Source of the DNA: Mobula hypostoma
Lineage: Eukaryota
DNA: 64,000 bases
Assembly: GCF_963921235.1 (NCBI RefSeq)
Contig: NC_086108.1
Span: forward strand, 106,270,001-106,334,000
Reading direction: 5' to 3'
Part shown: one piece after another, positions 1 through 12,096 of the stretch
Layout: every line of letters begins with the position of its first letter
Numbering within the stretch: position 1 is the first letter of the stretch
Notes under the pieces: model-generated
The model's database searches: none
Seen by the model: only the letters and a program-made list of their open reading frames with translations
Told to the model about the DNA's origin: nothing
Position numbers and translations under genes: made by a program

Positions 1-260
1 CTCTCATATCCCTTTTGCCAATCACCTGTCCAGCTCTTGGCTCCATTCCTCCCCCTCCTGTCTTCTCCTATCATTTTGGATCTCCCCCTCCTCCTCCCAC
101 TTTCAAATCTCTTACTAGCTCTTCCTTCAGTTAGTCCTGACGAAGGGTCTCGGCCCGAAACGTCGACTGCACCTCTTCCTAGAGATGCTGCCTGGCCCGC
201 TGCGTTCACCAGCAACTTTGATGTGTGTTGCTTGAATTTCCAGCATCTGCAGAATTCCCC
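1..260 (+). mobile_element. Penelope-like element 3' UTR / pseudo-LTR fragment
   Basis: Homologous to 48120-48406, which follows a GIY-YIG ORF; pyrimidine-rich tract, hammerhead motif, then GATGCTGCCTGGCC...CCAGCA tail. Confidence 0.85.
133..168 (+). ncRNA. Minimal type I hammerhead ribozyme motif with intact core
   Basis: Stem I AGTC(133-136)/GACT(165-168); CTGACGA 137-143; stem II GGG..CCC; GAAA 157-160; palindromic mini stem III ACGT; GTC cleavage triplet ending at 164. Confidence 0.85.
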
Positions 261-532
261 GTATCTACAAATGATGTGACTAAAGAACTCAGCAGGTGAA
301 ACAACATCCGTGGGAGGAAAGGAACTGCAGACAAAAGGAAAACAGTAGGGTTTTGATCTGAAACATCAAAATTTCCTTTTCCTCCCACAGATGCTGCTCA
401 ACCTGCTGAGATCTTCCTACCACAAAAAAAAGTGCTGTGGACACGTCACAGGAATCAGCCTCTCCTGTATGGACTCTGCCCGACAGGATGTTTAACTTAG
501 ACCACAGCTGTGTACATACCTCTATTGATGCC

Positions 533-650
533 TCTGGACACATCTTCAGTGATGTTCCTGGAATCATCGGGTGTTTTGGGTCTTTCAACATCATACAACC
601 TCCTCCAGGTGACCCAGCCGGCGCTGATCAGACCCCAGCTTGTGTCCAGA
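533..650 (-). ncRNA. Putative non-circularly permuted hammerhead-like structure in Hero family A 3'UTR (core G12 mutated to A)
   Basis: Minus strand order: TCTGGACACA, hairpin, GGGTC, CCTGGA, GGTTGT-A, TGATGTT, GACCC, AAAA, CACCC, TCCAGG, AACATCA, CTGAAGA, TGTGTCCAGA; same architecture as 35221-35339. Confidence 0.7.
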
Positions 651-657
651 TGGCTAG

Positions 658-1374
658 CTACTTATGACTCCATGGCTCCGCTCTTTTGAGCCACAGCCAC
701 CTTGAGGCCCTCTCTGTCACAACGATGGTACTGTGGATGGCTCTCCTCTTCCTCTCTCCCTCGATGACCAAAATGCTGAAGGCTCTAACTAAGGAACGGG
801 CTACGAATCCCCTACAACCAACCTCCACTGGGAGACACCTCGCTCTCCATCCAGCCTGCTGACAGTTGCTGACCAGTCCTGCGTACTTGGAGAGCTTCCT
901 TTCAAAGGCCTCTTCCAAGCGATCTTCCCATGGGACTGTGAGCTCCAGCAGCACCACTTGCTTAGTAGACTCAGACACTAGGACAATGTCTGGTCGCAGC
1001 GTGGTGGCTGTGACATAGTTGGGGAACTTCAGCTGCCCTTCAAGGTCCAGCAACAGCTGCCAGTCCCTTGCAGAGGTCAGAATGCCTGCAGATGTTCTTT
1101 TGGCAGGTATTGGCTGCTCCCCAGCTCTGACAAAGGCAATGGTCTGCTTGGAGGGTCGGGACCGCTTCGCCCACTCAACTCCTGCGCTGACGGCTTCAGC
1201 GATGGTCTTCAGGATCTGATCATGCCTCCATCTGTACCGTCCCTCACCAAGTGCCATTGCACAGCCGCTGAGGATGTGCTCCAGGGTTCCTCGCTTGGAG
1301 CACAGTGGGCACACAGATGACTCTGCCTTGCCCCATGTGTGCAGGTTTGATGGGCTTGGAAGCACATCGTACAC
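658..1374 (-). pseudogene. Hero-like ORF C-terminus: zinc knuckle plus RLE endonuclease
   Basis: Motifs as above; in-frame stop upstream and RT domain absent. Confidence 0.85.
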
Positions 1375-2169
1375 TGCCTGGATGAGAAATTGGATGCGGT
1401 GTAGTTCGGCTTTCTAAAGATCAGCCCAGGTCACTTTCCTCTCAACTGCATTCTCCCATCTTGTCCAAGCTCCCTGTTGCTTCATTCCCACCGCCTTGCA
1501 GGCTCTCATCTCCTCCGCTACTGCTCTCACCTCCTCCTGAACTAGACGACGCCTTTCCTTCCCTCTGTTGTCCATTTGGGGAGTTGGAAAGGATCTTAGC
1601 CCAGCTCGGCCTCGTGTGACCACTCCCACCAGCCTTCTGTGACGCAGCCTCGCCTCTGCCTCCTGAACAGCTTCCTCTGCCCTCCACTTCCTGCCAGTAC
1701 TTACTTGGATCCCTGCTCTAGCCACCTTCAGGTCACTTGAGTCCCTATACTGTAACACTTCTCTGGCTCTTGTTACCTTGAATTCTTCCTCCAAGGATTT
1801 GAAGGGCAGTTGCAGTTTGTTGTGGTGTCCATAGAGTGCGATGCTGCTCAGGCTCTTTGGCAGCCCCAGCTATCTCCTGAGGTGGTTGCTAACCCTCCTC
1901 TCTAAGGTAACACTTGTAGCAGGGATTTTCTCTTAACAGTCAGAGTACAAGTCAGTTTGTGAAAGATTGCCACAATCAGGAGACTGCAAGATATTACTTT
2001 GTAAACAGAGCCTGAATTGTTTCTAAGTGTTGTAAATAATGGTGCTTCTGACCTCAAGAGCATCCAATTGAAACAAAAATTGCCTTTTATTGTGCATTAT
2101 GTTTTTGCAAAATATCTCCAAACTTCTCTTCTGGAAGTACTTGTATTATTCTGCTTGGTGGAGATCAAG

Positions 2170-2620
2170 GGCTTTGACCACTCAGGACATGCTCTCTTCT
2201 TACTGCTGCCATCAGATAGATGGGAGCAAGAGCCCCAGGACCCACACCGCCAGGTTCAGGAACGTTTATCACCTCTCATCATCAGCCTCTTGAACTGGAG
2301 AGGATAACTTCACTCACCCCATCACTGAACTGTTCCCACTGAACAGGACTCACTTTCAGGGACTGGTTATCTCATGTTCTCGATATTTATTGCTTATTTA
2401 TTTGTTATCATTATTTGTTTTTATTTTCTCTTTTTTATATTTGAAATATAGGGTGCCTTTTGCACAACTCGCTGGTTGTTTGTCCATCCTGTTGGGTGCG
2501 GTCTTTCATTGATTCTATTGTATTTCTTGTATTTACTATGATTGCCTGCAAGAAAATGAAATTCAGGGTTGCATATGATGACATGTATGTACTTTGATGA
2601 TAAATTCACTTTGAACTTTG
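2170..2620 (+). mobile_element. Old Rex1/Babar-like LINE 3' fragment with AT-rich tail
   Basis: Degenerate HSGHALFSLLPS..HTARFRN coding remnant; tail ending TTCACTTTGAACTTTG recurs across the window. Confidence 0.6.
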
Positions 2621-2857
2621 TGTCATATATGCACCTTAAGCTATATGTCAATATTCTGGAATATATTTTATTATTTGTTAATTTGGTTGTGGTAGCATTA
2701 TTTTATATGTTGTGTGTGTGTTGTGCCTCTTGCTCGATACATTGTTTTGTTTGGCGGTATACAGGTTCAATGAATGGCAATGAGCTTGAACTTGACCTTT
2801 CAGCCATATTCCTGATGTAATAAAGTGCCTCAGATGCAATAAAACTATTTACATTGG

Positions 2858-3563
2858 TGGTGCGCAATATCACAAATGACCTGACTTGGTCCAACCAAGC
2901 AGAGTCCACTGCCAAGAAGGCCCACCAGCGCCTTTACTTCCTGAGAAAACTAAAGAAACTTGGCCTGTCCCCTAAAACCCTCACTAATTTTTATAGATGC
3001 ACCGTAGAAAGCATTCTTCTAGGGTGCATCACAACCTGGTATGGAAGTTGTCCTGTCCAAGACCGGAAGAAGCTGCAGAAGATCGTGAACAGGGCGCAGC
3101 ACATCACACAAACCAATCTTCCGTCCTTGGACTCACTTTATACCTCATGCTGTCGGAGCAGTGCTGCCAGGATAATCATGGACACGACCCACCCAGGCCA
3201 ACACACTTTTTGTCCCTCTTCCCTCCGGGAGAAGGCTCAGGAGCTTGAAGACTCATACGGCCAGATTTGGGAACAGCTTCTTTCCAACTGTGATAAGACT
3301 GCTGAACGGACCCTGACCCGGATCTGGGCCGTACCCTCCAAATATCCGGACCTGCCTCTCGTTTTTTTTTTGCACTACCTTACTTTCCTTTTTCCTGTTT
3401 TCTATTTATGATTTATAATTTAAATTTTTAATATTTACTATCGATTTGTAACCCAGGGAGCGGGAAGTGCAGAATCAAATATCTCTGTGATGTTTGTACG
3501 TTCTAGTATCAATTGTTTGGCGACAATAAAGAATAAAGTAGAAAAAGTAGAAAAGTATAAGTA
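2858..3563 (+). mobile_element. Rex1/Babar-like LINE, young family, 5'-truncated
   Basis: ORF 2854-3411 (KKAHQRLYFLRKLK..FYRCTVESIL..CITTWYG) is RT C-terminus; 3' tail of AAAGTA-like repeats; near-identical copies at 6379, 12879 and 36645. Confidence 0.85.
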
Positions 3564-4984
3564 TTTCTAATGTTTCCTACAACTTTTTTAAAATATAGAA
3601 ATAATGAATGATCCATAATAACCATTCAGAATCAAGTGGAAAATCTAATTATACTTCACCTCATTTCAAGCCCAGGAAATGTCTTTTTTTGTGAAAAAAA
3701 ACTCTTTTTGATTAAATAATCCCTTTATCAGGATATAACAGTTTCCTCTGCATTAATTAGAAAATGATAACCTTAATGCAGTTGAATATTAATTAGAATA
3801 TCCAATGAAATAGCTGTCTGTACAGAATGTATGTTAAAGTGGGTTTGATTGTGCGGAGGAGAGTGCAGAAGAGAATCACCTGGATGTTGTCTGGTTTGGA
3901 GGACTTTAATGACAGGGAAAGAGTTTGGCTTGGCTCTGTGAACTTAATTCAGTAAATTCAGAATCAGGTTCAAATTCAATAGTGATATTTTAAATTTTTG
4001 AAAAGTTTTAGCAGATCATAGAACAAAGCAGAGTCAAATTCTGATTTATTTATCACATGTGTAGTGAAATGTGTCACTTTGCGTTAACAACCAAGGATGT
4101 GCTCGGGCTTCACCTGACATTGTGACACCAATCTAGCATGCCTACAGTGTTTGGCAGAACAACACAGAGCACAGCAAGCAACCATGAACCAACATTAAAA
4201 CAAGCCCCATTCCTCCCTTCCAGCCACCCACCCGGTCATGTACATACACAGCCCTCTAGCCCCAGGACGGGACATTCCTATCTTCCATCCACCTACCCTC
4301 CCATGTAGATATACAGCACTCTCACTCAGGCTAGGCAATCCTCATCCTTCAGCGGACTTGTGGATTTGCAGACGTTGGCCCTTCAACTTCCCCAGTGGAC
4401 TTGCTGAGATTGACAGACCTGACGCTCTAGCTATCATAACCCAAAATTCAATTACAGTATAGTCCCAGAGACACAGACTCTGCCGCACTCTTGGGAAGTG
4501 AGTTTCAAAGATTTACTGGCCTTTGGGTGAAATAATCACTTCTCCTGGAATCACAGAGCCATACAGCACAGGAAGAGGTCCTTCAGCCCACCATACATAT
4601 GCTGACCATATTCCCTTTGACCGAGGGTGTTGGGTTACATGGAATGTGCTGCCAGAGGAAATGGTACAAATACATTTAAAAGGCATTTGAAGAGGTACAC
4701 GATTAGGAAACATTTAGCAGGGGTTCCCAGTCTGGAGCCCATGGACCCTTCAGTTAATGGAAAGGCTCTATGGAATGAAAAAGATTAAACCAGGGGTTCC
4801 CAAAGGGGTAAGGGCCAAATGCAGTCAAATGGAAGCATCTTAGATGGCAATTTCATCCTGTCTTCAAAGTTTTCTTCCCTCAGGTGGTTAATCTGATCAA
4901 CCGTTCTAGTTAGAATAGTTAAAGTGCATTTGTATTTATAACTTATAGTATCTTGTTTACGTCCTGTCCTCTTGCCCTGTACTT

Positions 4985-5320
4985 ACTTAACTGTTATACC
5001 ACTGGCATTTAGGGCAGCAATGAAGGTCCTTCATCTCAGTCCATCCATACTGTTGCACACAGATAAAGGAGGGAATCTTCATTGCTGTTTCCATAACAAT
5101 TTTTGCTGACCAGTCAGGGTTGCTAGCCCTAAGCTGATTGCCTGAACCTGGAGGATCGGTGGACCACTCAGTCTGGCCTCTACCCTTTCACCTGTTTGGC
5201 ATAGGTGACCCTACCAAGAGTCAAAGCATAAAGCCCTGACTCCAGCCACCATAGCTCTCTGGGTTCTTGAGACACACAAGCTTCCAAACACTATGACAAG
5301 GTGTAGTCCTCTTGGAGGCC
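4985..5320 (-). mobile_element. Short non-autonomous RTE-like element (5'UTR plus 3' tail)
   Basis: Minus strand begins CACCTTGTCATAGTG..GAGAGCTATG..GGTAGGGTCACC..CAGGTGAAAGGGTAG (RTE-type 5' region) and ends TTCATTGCTGCCCTAAATGCC..TAAGTAAGTA; recognised by resemblance only. Confidence 0.5.
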
Positions 5321-5704
5321 TGCCCTTACAGATGCCACAAAGTAACATATTTCATGACAAATATCAACGATAAGAAACCCGATTTTAATTCTGATTCTGA
5401 TGGTATTCCCCAGCAGCACAATCCACCCCACTGCCCCTCTCTTTATTTCCCTGTGGTCTTGCAACTCATTCTCGCTTACATGGCCATCATCTGCCCTTTG
5501 GTTAATCCAGGTTCAATCCTGACACTGTGATGTGTTGAAAGGGAGATCTTCTCCCTTGTGGTCCATGTGGAATACCTGAGAAAGAAGAGGAATGATTACA
5601 ACCATGAGAAATTGAGTGATAATTGGTGGCCAGAACCTCAGGGTGGAGAAACAGAGGCACCACCCCTGCACCTGATCAGTATTGAGAAGTCCTTAAAGTC
5701 TATA

Positions 5705-6240
5705 AAATCTTATCGGAGAATTGGACCATTTAGCTCATCAAATCTGCTCCTTCATTTCATCGTGGCTGATTTATTATCTCTCTTAACCCTATTCTCCTGT
5801 CTTCACCCCGTAACCTTTAAGCCCCTTACTAATCAAGAACCTACTAACCTCCATTGTAGATATGTCCATTGGCTTGGCCTCCACAGCCATCTGTAGCAAT
5901 GAATTCCATGGATTCACCGGTCTGAGGGTTGAGAAATTCCTCCTCAGTTTTTTACTAAAGGGATGTCCTTATCTTCGGAGGCTGCGCCCTCTGGTCCTAG
6001 GTTCCCCACTACAGATAACGTCCTCTCCATATCCACTCCACCTCGGCATTTCAATATTTGGCTGGTTTCAAAGAGATTCCCCCTCATTCTTCAGCAAGTA
6101 CAGGTAGACAGCCATTAAACATCTCTTGTACACAGAGATCATTCTCATAAGCCCTCTATGGACCATCCCCAATTTCAGCGCATCCTTTTTTAGAAAGAAA
6201 ACACAACAACTTCTCACAACACTCCCAGTGTATCCACAAT
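5705..6240 (-). mobile_element. CR1 LINE 3' fragment
   Basis: Reverse complement encodes degenerate CR1 RT C-terminus (VNxWNS) plus typical 3'UTR. Confidence 0.75.
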
Positions 6241-6245
6241 ATTAA

Positions 6246-6372
6246 CGAAGGATCTCGGCCTGAAATGTGATTTATGTATTCCTTTCCATAGATGCTGCCT
6301 GACCTGCTGAGTTCCTCCAGCATTTTGTTTATGTTGTCCTGGATCTCCAGCATCTGCAGAATCTTTTGTGCT
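6246..6372 (+). mobile_element. Penelope pseudo-LTR fragment with degenerate hammerhead
   Basis: CGAAGGATCTCGGCCTGAAATG..GATGCTGCCTGACCTGCTGAGTTCCTCCAGCA. Confidence 0.7.
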
Positions 6373-6378
6373 ACTGAT

Positions 6379-6843
6379 TGTGCGACACACAAACCAATCT
6401 TCCATCCGTGGACTCACTTTACACCGCACGCTATCGGAGCAGTGCTGCCAGGATAATCAGGGACAATGACCCACCCAGCCATTACACTTTTCGTCCCTCT
6501 TCCCTCCGAGAGAAGGCTCAGGAGCTTGAAGACTCGTACGGCCAGATCTGGGAACAGCTTCTTTCCAATTGTGATAAGACTGCTGAACGGATCCTGACCT
6601 GGATCTGGGCCGAACCCTCCAAATATCTGGACCTGCCTCTCGTTTTTTTTTGCATTACTTTACTTCACATTTTTCTATTTTTTATTTATGATTTATAATT
6701 TAAATTTTTAATGTTTATTAATTTTAACTATTTTTAATATTTAATATTTGTAATCCAGGGAGTGGGAAGCGCAGAATCAAATATCGCTGTGATGATTGTA
6801 CATTCTAGTACCAATTGTTTGGCGACGATAAAGTATAAAGTAT
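6379..6843 (+). mobile_element. Rex1/Babar-like LINE 3' end
   Basis: Near-identical to 3105-3540. Confidence 0.85.
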
Positions 6844-7264
6844 TAAAAAAAAGTAAAGTATTTGCCGGTCTGGTGGTGCCTGCAACAGAGCAGCAGCTCC
6901 TCAGTAAGGCACTGGATAGACACTCTTGAGCTTGCTCTCGGGGATGCGAAATGGACATCCATGCCTGCTCCTGGAGCCTGAGCCATGTTTGTTACTAACG
7001 ATCTCCTGGCATATTTGCTGGTGATGAAGTGAAGCTGTCTGCCTACCTGACAGTCTGCTTTCAATAACAGAAAGATCTCCATTAACATAAGGAGCCACTA
7101 CACCTGCTATTAAATTAGTGCACCCCCCACCCCCCGGAGTATGCAATATCGCCAATCACTATAGTTAATGTGCTCAAGTCAAAACTACATTAAAATCACT
7201 TCCAAAAATAGACTGAAAGAAGTTACTGAAAGGATGATATTTTTTATAGTTTATTTGATTTGGA

Positions 7265-7838
7265 CCATAAGATATAGGAGCAGAATTAGGCCATTTGGCC
7301 CATTGAGTTTGCTCTGTCATTTCATCACAGCTGATCCATTTTTCCTTTAAGCCCCAGTCTCCTGCCTTCTCCCCACATCCCTTCCTGCTCTGACTAATCA
7401 AGAATCTATCAACATCTGCCTTATAAATACCCAATGACTTGACCTCTACAGCCTCCTGTGACAACGAATTCCACAGATTCACCACTCTCTTGCTAAATAA
7501 ATGCCTCCTCGTCTCCATTCTAAATAGACATCCCTCTATTCTGAGGCTGTGCTCTCTGATCTTAGACTCCTCCACCATAGGAAACATCCTCTCCACATCC
7601 ACTCCATCAAGACCTTTCAATATTCAATAGATTCCCCCCTCATTCTTCTGAATTGCAGTGAGTACAGGCCCAGAGCCATCAAACGCTCCTCATATGACAA
7701 GCCTTTCAATCCGGGAATCATTTTCCTGAACCTCATTTGAACCCTCTCCAATGTCAGCACAACCTTTCTTAGATAAGTGGCCCAAAACTGCTCACAATAG
7801 TCCAAGAGAGACCTTGCCAGTGCTTCATAACACTTCAA
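7265..7838 (-). mobile_element. CR1 LINE 3' fragment
   Basis: ORFs 7617-7838 (YCEQFWA..ERVQMRF) and 7174-7620 (KGLDGVDVERMFP..RVVNLWNSL). Confidence 0.85.
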
Positions 7839-7875
7839 CTACAGCGATCGGGTCTCTGGCACTGAGCCTGGTTCA

Positions 7876-8373
7876 GTGGTGCAGAAGGGAGAAAGAAAGA
7901 TGAGGAATGCGGTAGTCATAGGGGATTCCGTAGTGAGGGGAAAAGACAGGAGGTTCTGTCAGCCTGATAGAGGTACCCGCATGATGTGTTGCCTCCCAGG
8001 TGCCAGGGTACGGGATGTCTCGGATCGGGTGCAGAGTATGCTGAAGGGAGGGGGTGAACAGCCAGAAGTCTTGGTACATGTTGGTACCAATGACATAGGT
8101 AGAAAAAGGGAGGAGGTCCTGAAGAGAGAATTCAGGGAGTTGGGTAGGAAGCTGAAAAGCACGACCTCCAAAGTAGTAATCTCAGGATTGCTGCCTGTGC
8201 CACGTGCTAGCGAGTGCAAGAATAGCATGATCAGGCATATTAATGTGTGGCTACGAGACTGGTGCAGGGGGCAGGGCTTCGGGTTCATGGATCACTGGGG
8301 CCTCTTCTGGGGGAGGTACAACTTGTACAAAAAGGACGGGTTACACCTGAAACCAAAGGAGTCCAATATCTGA
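7876..8373 (+). pseudogene. CR1 ORF1 SGNH/GDSL esterase-like domain
   Basis: VIGDSVVR, LPGARV, HVGTND and DGLHL blocks. Confidence 0.88.
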
Positions 8374-9632
8374 GCAGGCAGGTTTAATAGAGCTGTTTAG
8401 GAGGGTTTGAACTAATTTAGCAAGGGGATGGGAACTGGAGTAATAGGTGTGGGGAATTTGAAAACAGAAATAAATCAAAGATAGCGTGCAACAGAGACAA
8501 TAGGAAGGACAGGCAGGAGATGAGGCCCAATCACAGCCAGTGGGATGATTTACAACAGAAAGCAACAAATACTGGACTGAAAGTGTTATATCTGAATGCA
8601 CGAAGCATAAGAAATAAAATGGATGATCTTGAAATTCAGCTACAGATTGCCAAATATGACATTGTGGCCATCTCTGAAACTTGGCTAAAGGATGGCTGCC
8701 ACTGGGAGCTGAACGTCCAAAGATATATGGTGTATCGGAAAGATAAGTTAGTAGGCAGAGGGGTTGGTGGGGTCCTGTGTAAAAGAAATAATATAATATT
8801 AAGAAAGGGATAACAAAGGATCAGAAGGTGTAGAGTCTCTATTGGTTGAGTGAAGAAATGGCAAGGGTAAAAGGACCCTAATGGCAGTTGTATACAGGCC
8901 TCCAAACAGCAGCCGGGATGTGGATTACAAATTACAGCAGGAGATAGAAAAGGCATGTCAGAAGGGCAATGTCATGATAATCACTGGGGATTTTAACATG
9001 AAAGTGGATTTGGAAAACCAGGCCAGTACTGGACCTCAAGAGAGCGAATTTGTGGAATGTCTGAGGGATGGCTTTTTAGAACAGCTTGTTGTAGAGCCCA
9101 GTAGGGGAGCGACTGTGCTGGATTGTGTTGTGCAATGACCCAGAGGTGATAAGAGAGCTTAAAGTTAAGGAACCCTTAGGGAACAGTGATCACAATATGA
9201 TCGCGTTCACTTTGAAATTTGAGAAGGAGAAACTAAATTCCAATGTGTTGGTATTTCAGTGGAATAAAGGAAACTACAATGGCATGAGAGGGGAACTGGC
9301 CAAAGTTGACTGGAATGGGACATTAGCAGGAAGGACAGCAGAGCAGTAACGGCTGGAGTTTCTGCGAAAAATGAGGGAAGTGCAAGACAGATATATTCCA
9401 AATAAGAAGAAATTTTCGAATTGGTAGAAGGACACTACCGTGGCTGACAAGAGAAGTCAGAGCCAAAGTAAAAGCAAAAGAGGGGGCATACAAGGAAGCC
9501 AAAGCCAGTGGGAAGATAGAGGATTGGGAATCTTTTAAAAACTTGCAGAAGGAAATTAAAGTCATTAGGAAGGAAAAGATTAATTATGAAAGGAAGCTGG
9601 CGAATAATATCAAAGAAGATACCAAAAGCTTT

Positions 9633-10916
9633 AAAAAATTTTTTTTATACGTTTCTACAATGCAACAACAAAAATCCAGTTTAACAATAGGTTTATACAG
9701 TGCAAAACAAACATATCAAATGTACAGTTCATAACAGTTAAGGAAAAGCACCCATAGTAGAATCGTATAAATTAGTTACCACCCCACCCTCCCACTACCC
9801 AACTCCAAGTCAACCTTATGATATATATAAAATTTGATCAGAACTTTTATCACCACAGGGCTGTATTTATAAAAAAGAAAGTATATTGCCTATTACCTAA
9901 GCTATAATATGTTCACACATAAAAAAAAACGTAAGTCTTAACCGAAAGAAGCTGGAAGCAAGGAATTTAAATGCAAAAGAAAAAAAAGGAGGGATAAACC
10001 CTTAATCTAAATGGGAATTAGGAAAATATTCAAGAAAAGGTCCCCACACCTTTTGGAACTTTATGTCTGAATTAAGAAGTGAATAATGAATCTTTTCCAG
10101 GTCTAAGCAGGACATAATGTCTCTGAGCCATTGAGCACGAGTGGGTGGGGCAACATCTCCCCACTTACGAAGGACTGCATGTCTGGCCAAAAGAGAGGCA
10201 AAAGACAATGTACGACGTTTAGTCAGACTCAGATGAGGACTCAGAGGGCTCAGTTCAGAAAATATAATGGTCATGGTTTCTCTCTCTCTAGTCCTATTCT
10301 ACATAATCATCTTTTTCAGCCTTCTATGCAGGATTTCACATTTCAAGATTGGCACAGAAAGGGCATCAGGTGCTTTGAAGATCTTCTCATAGACAATCGC
10401 TTTGCAATTTTTGAACAACTATCTGTAAAGTTCAACCTACCCAACACTCATTTCTTCAGATATCTCCAAATTAGACATTTTATCAACCCTTTAATACCAA
10501 ACTTTCCTGAGGTACCCAATAAAAATGTTGTGGACTTGTTTCTTCGTATGAACCCATTGGGTAAAGGTTTAATATCCACTATTCAAGATATGTTAGCAAT
10601 TTTGACAAAATTAAAACTGCCTGGGAGCATGATTTAAATTTCCTCTGTCCAATGAGGTTTGGGATTCAATTCGCAGGTCAGTTAACTCAACTTTATGTGC
10701 TCGCCACTGCCTTTTACAGTTCAAGGTTGTACGCAGGGCTCATATGTCTAAAACTAAATTATCATGGTTCTATCCTGATATTAGTCCCTGTTGCTACAAG
10801 TGTAAAGGGGGCGAGGCTTCCCTTACTCATATGTACAGAGCTTGTCCTAGCTTGGAGAAATTCTCGAGGATGCATTTTTAACTTTATTTCATATACTTAA
10901 TTGCTATTTGGAACTT
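9633..10916 (-). mobile_element. L1-clade LINE with 5' inversion, inserted in CR1
   Basis: Minus-strand ORF2 C-terminus 10002-10274 plus plus-strand upstream ORF2 segment ~10275-10916; TSD AAAAGCTTT at 9624-9632 and 10917-10925. Confidence 0.82.
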
Positions 10917-12096
10917 AAAAGCTTTTTTAAGTATATAAAGGGTAAAAGAGAGTTGAAGGTAGATATAGGACCAATAAAAAATGATGCTGGAGATATTCTA
11001 ATGAGAGATGCAGAGATGCAGAGATGGCAGAAGAACTGAATGCGCATTTTGCATGAGTCTTCACACTAGAGGACATCTACAGTATACCGGACATTCAAGA
11101 GTGTCAGGGAAGTGAAGTACATACAGTGAAAATTACCACTGAGAAAGTGATCAGGAAGCTTAATGGTCTAAGCGTGGATAAATCTCCTGGACCTGATGGA
11201 ATGCACCCTCGGGTTCTGAAGGGAGTCGATGGAGAGATTGCGGAGGCATTAACAATCATCTTTCAAGAATCGATAGATCCTGGCTTTGTACCAGATGACT
11301 GGAAAATTGCAAATGTTACCCCGCTATTTAAGAAGGGTGGGTGGCAGCAGAAAGGAAACTATAGACCTGTTACCCTGACATTAGTGGTTGGGAAGTTGTT
11401 GGAATCGATTGTTAGGGATGAGATTACGGAGTATCTAGAGGCTCATGACAAGGTAGGCCAAAGCCAGCATGGTTTCCTGAAAGGAAAATCCTGCCTGACT
11501 AACCAACTGCAATTTTTTCAGGAAATTACAAGGTAGACAAAGGAGATGCAGTGGATGTGGTGTACTTGGATTTTCAGAAGACCTTTGACAAGGTGCCACA
11601 CATGAGGCTGCTTAGCGAGATGAGAGCCCATGGAATTACAGGGAAGTTACTAGCATGGGTGGAACATTGGCTGATCAGTAGAAAACAGTGGGAATAGGCC
11701 AGTAAGTTTAACGTTGGTAGTGGGTAAGTTATTGGAGGGAGTACTAAGAGACAGAATCTACAAGCATTTAGATAGACAGGGACTTATTAGGGAGAGTCAA
11801 CATGGCTTTGTGCATGGTAGGTCATGTTTGACCAATCTATTGGAGTTTTTCAAGGAGGTTACCAGGAAAGTGGATGAAGGGAAGGCAGTGGATATTGTCT
11901 ACATAGACTTCAGTAAGGCCTTTGACAAGGTCCCGCATAGGAGGTTAGTTAGGAAAATTCAGTTGCTAGGTTGAGTCAGTTGTGAAGAAGGCAAATGCAA
12001 TGTTGCCATTCATTTCTAGAGGTATACAATCTAAGAGCAGGGATGTGATGTTGAGGCTCTATAAGGCACTCGTGAGACTACACTTGGAGTATTGTG

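Larger units (their letters stand above)
440..1907 (-). mobile_element. Hero-like non-LTR retrotransposon (restriction-like endonuclease), family A, 5'-truncated
   Basis: ORF 658-1374 has a CCHC knuckle (CPLC..EHILSGC), RHD, PD-(D/E)xK motifs (LRPDIV..ELTVPWE..KLSKY) and VEVGCRGF; upstream frame 1414-1794 continues the protein across a stop. Confidence 0.88.
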
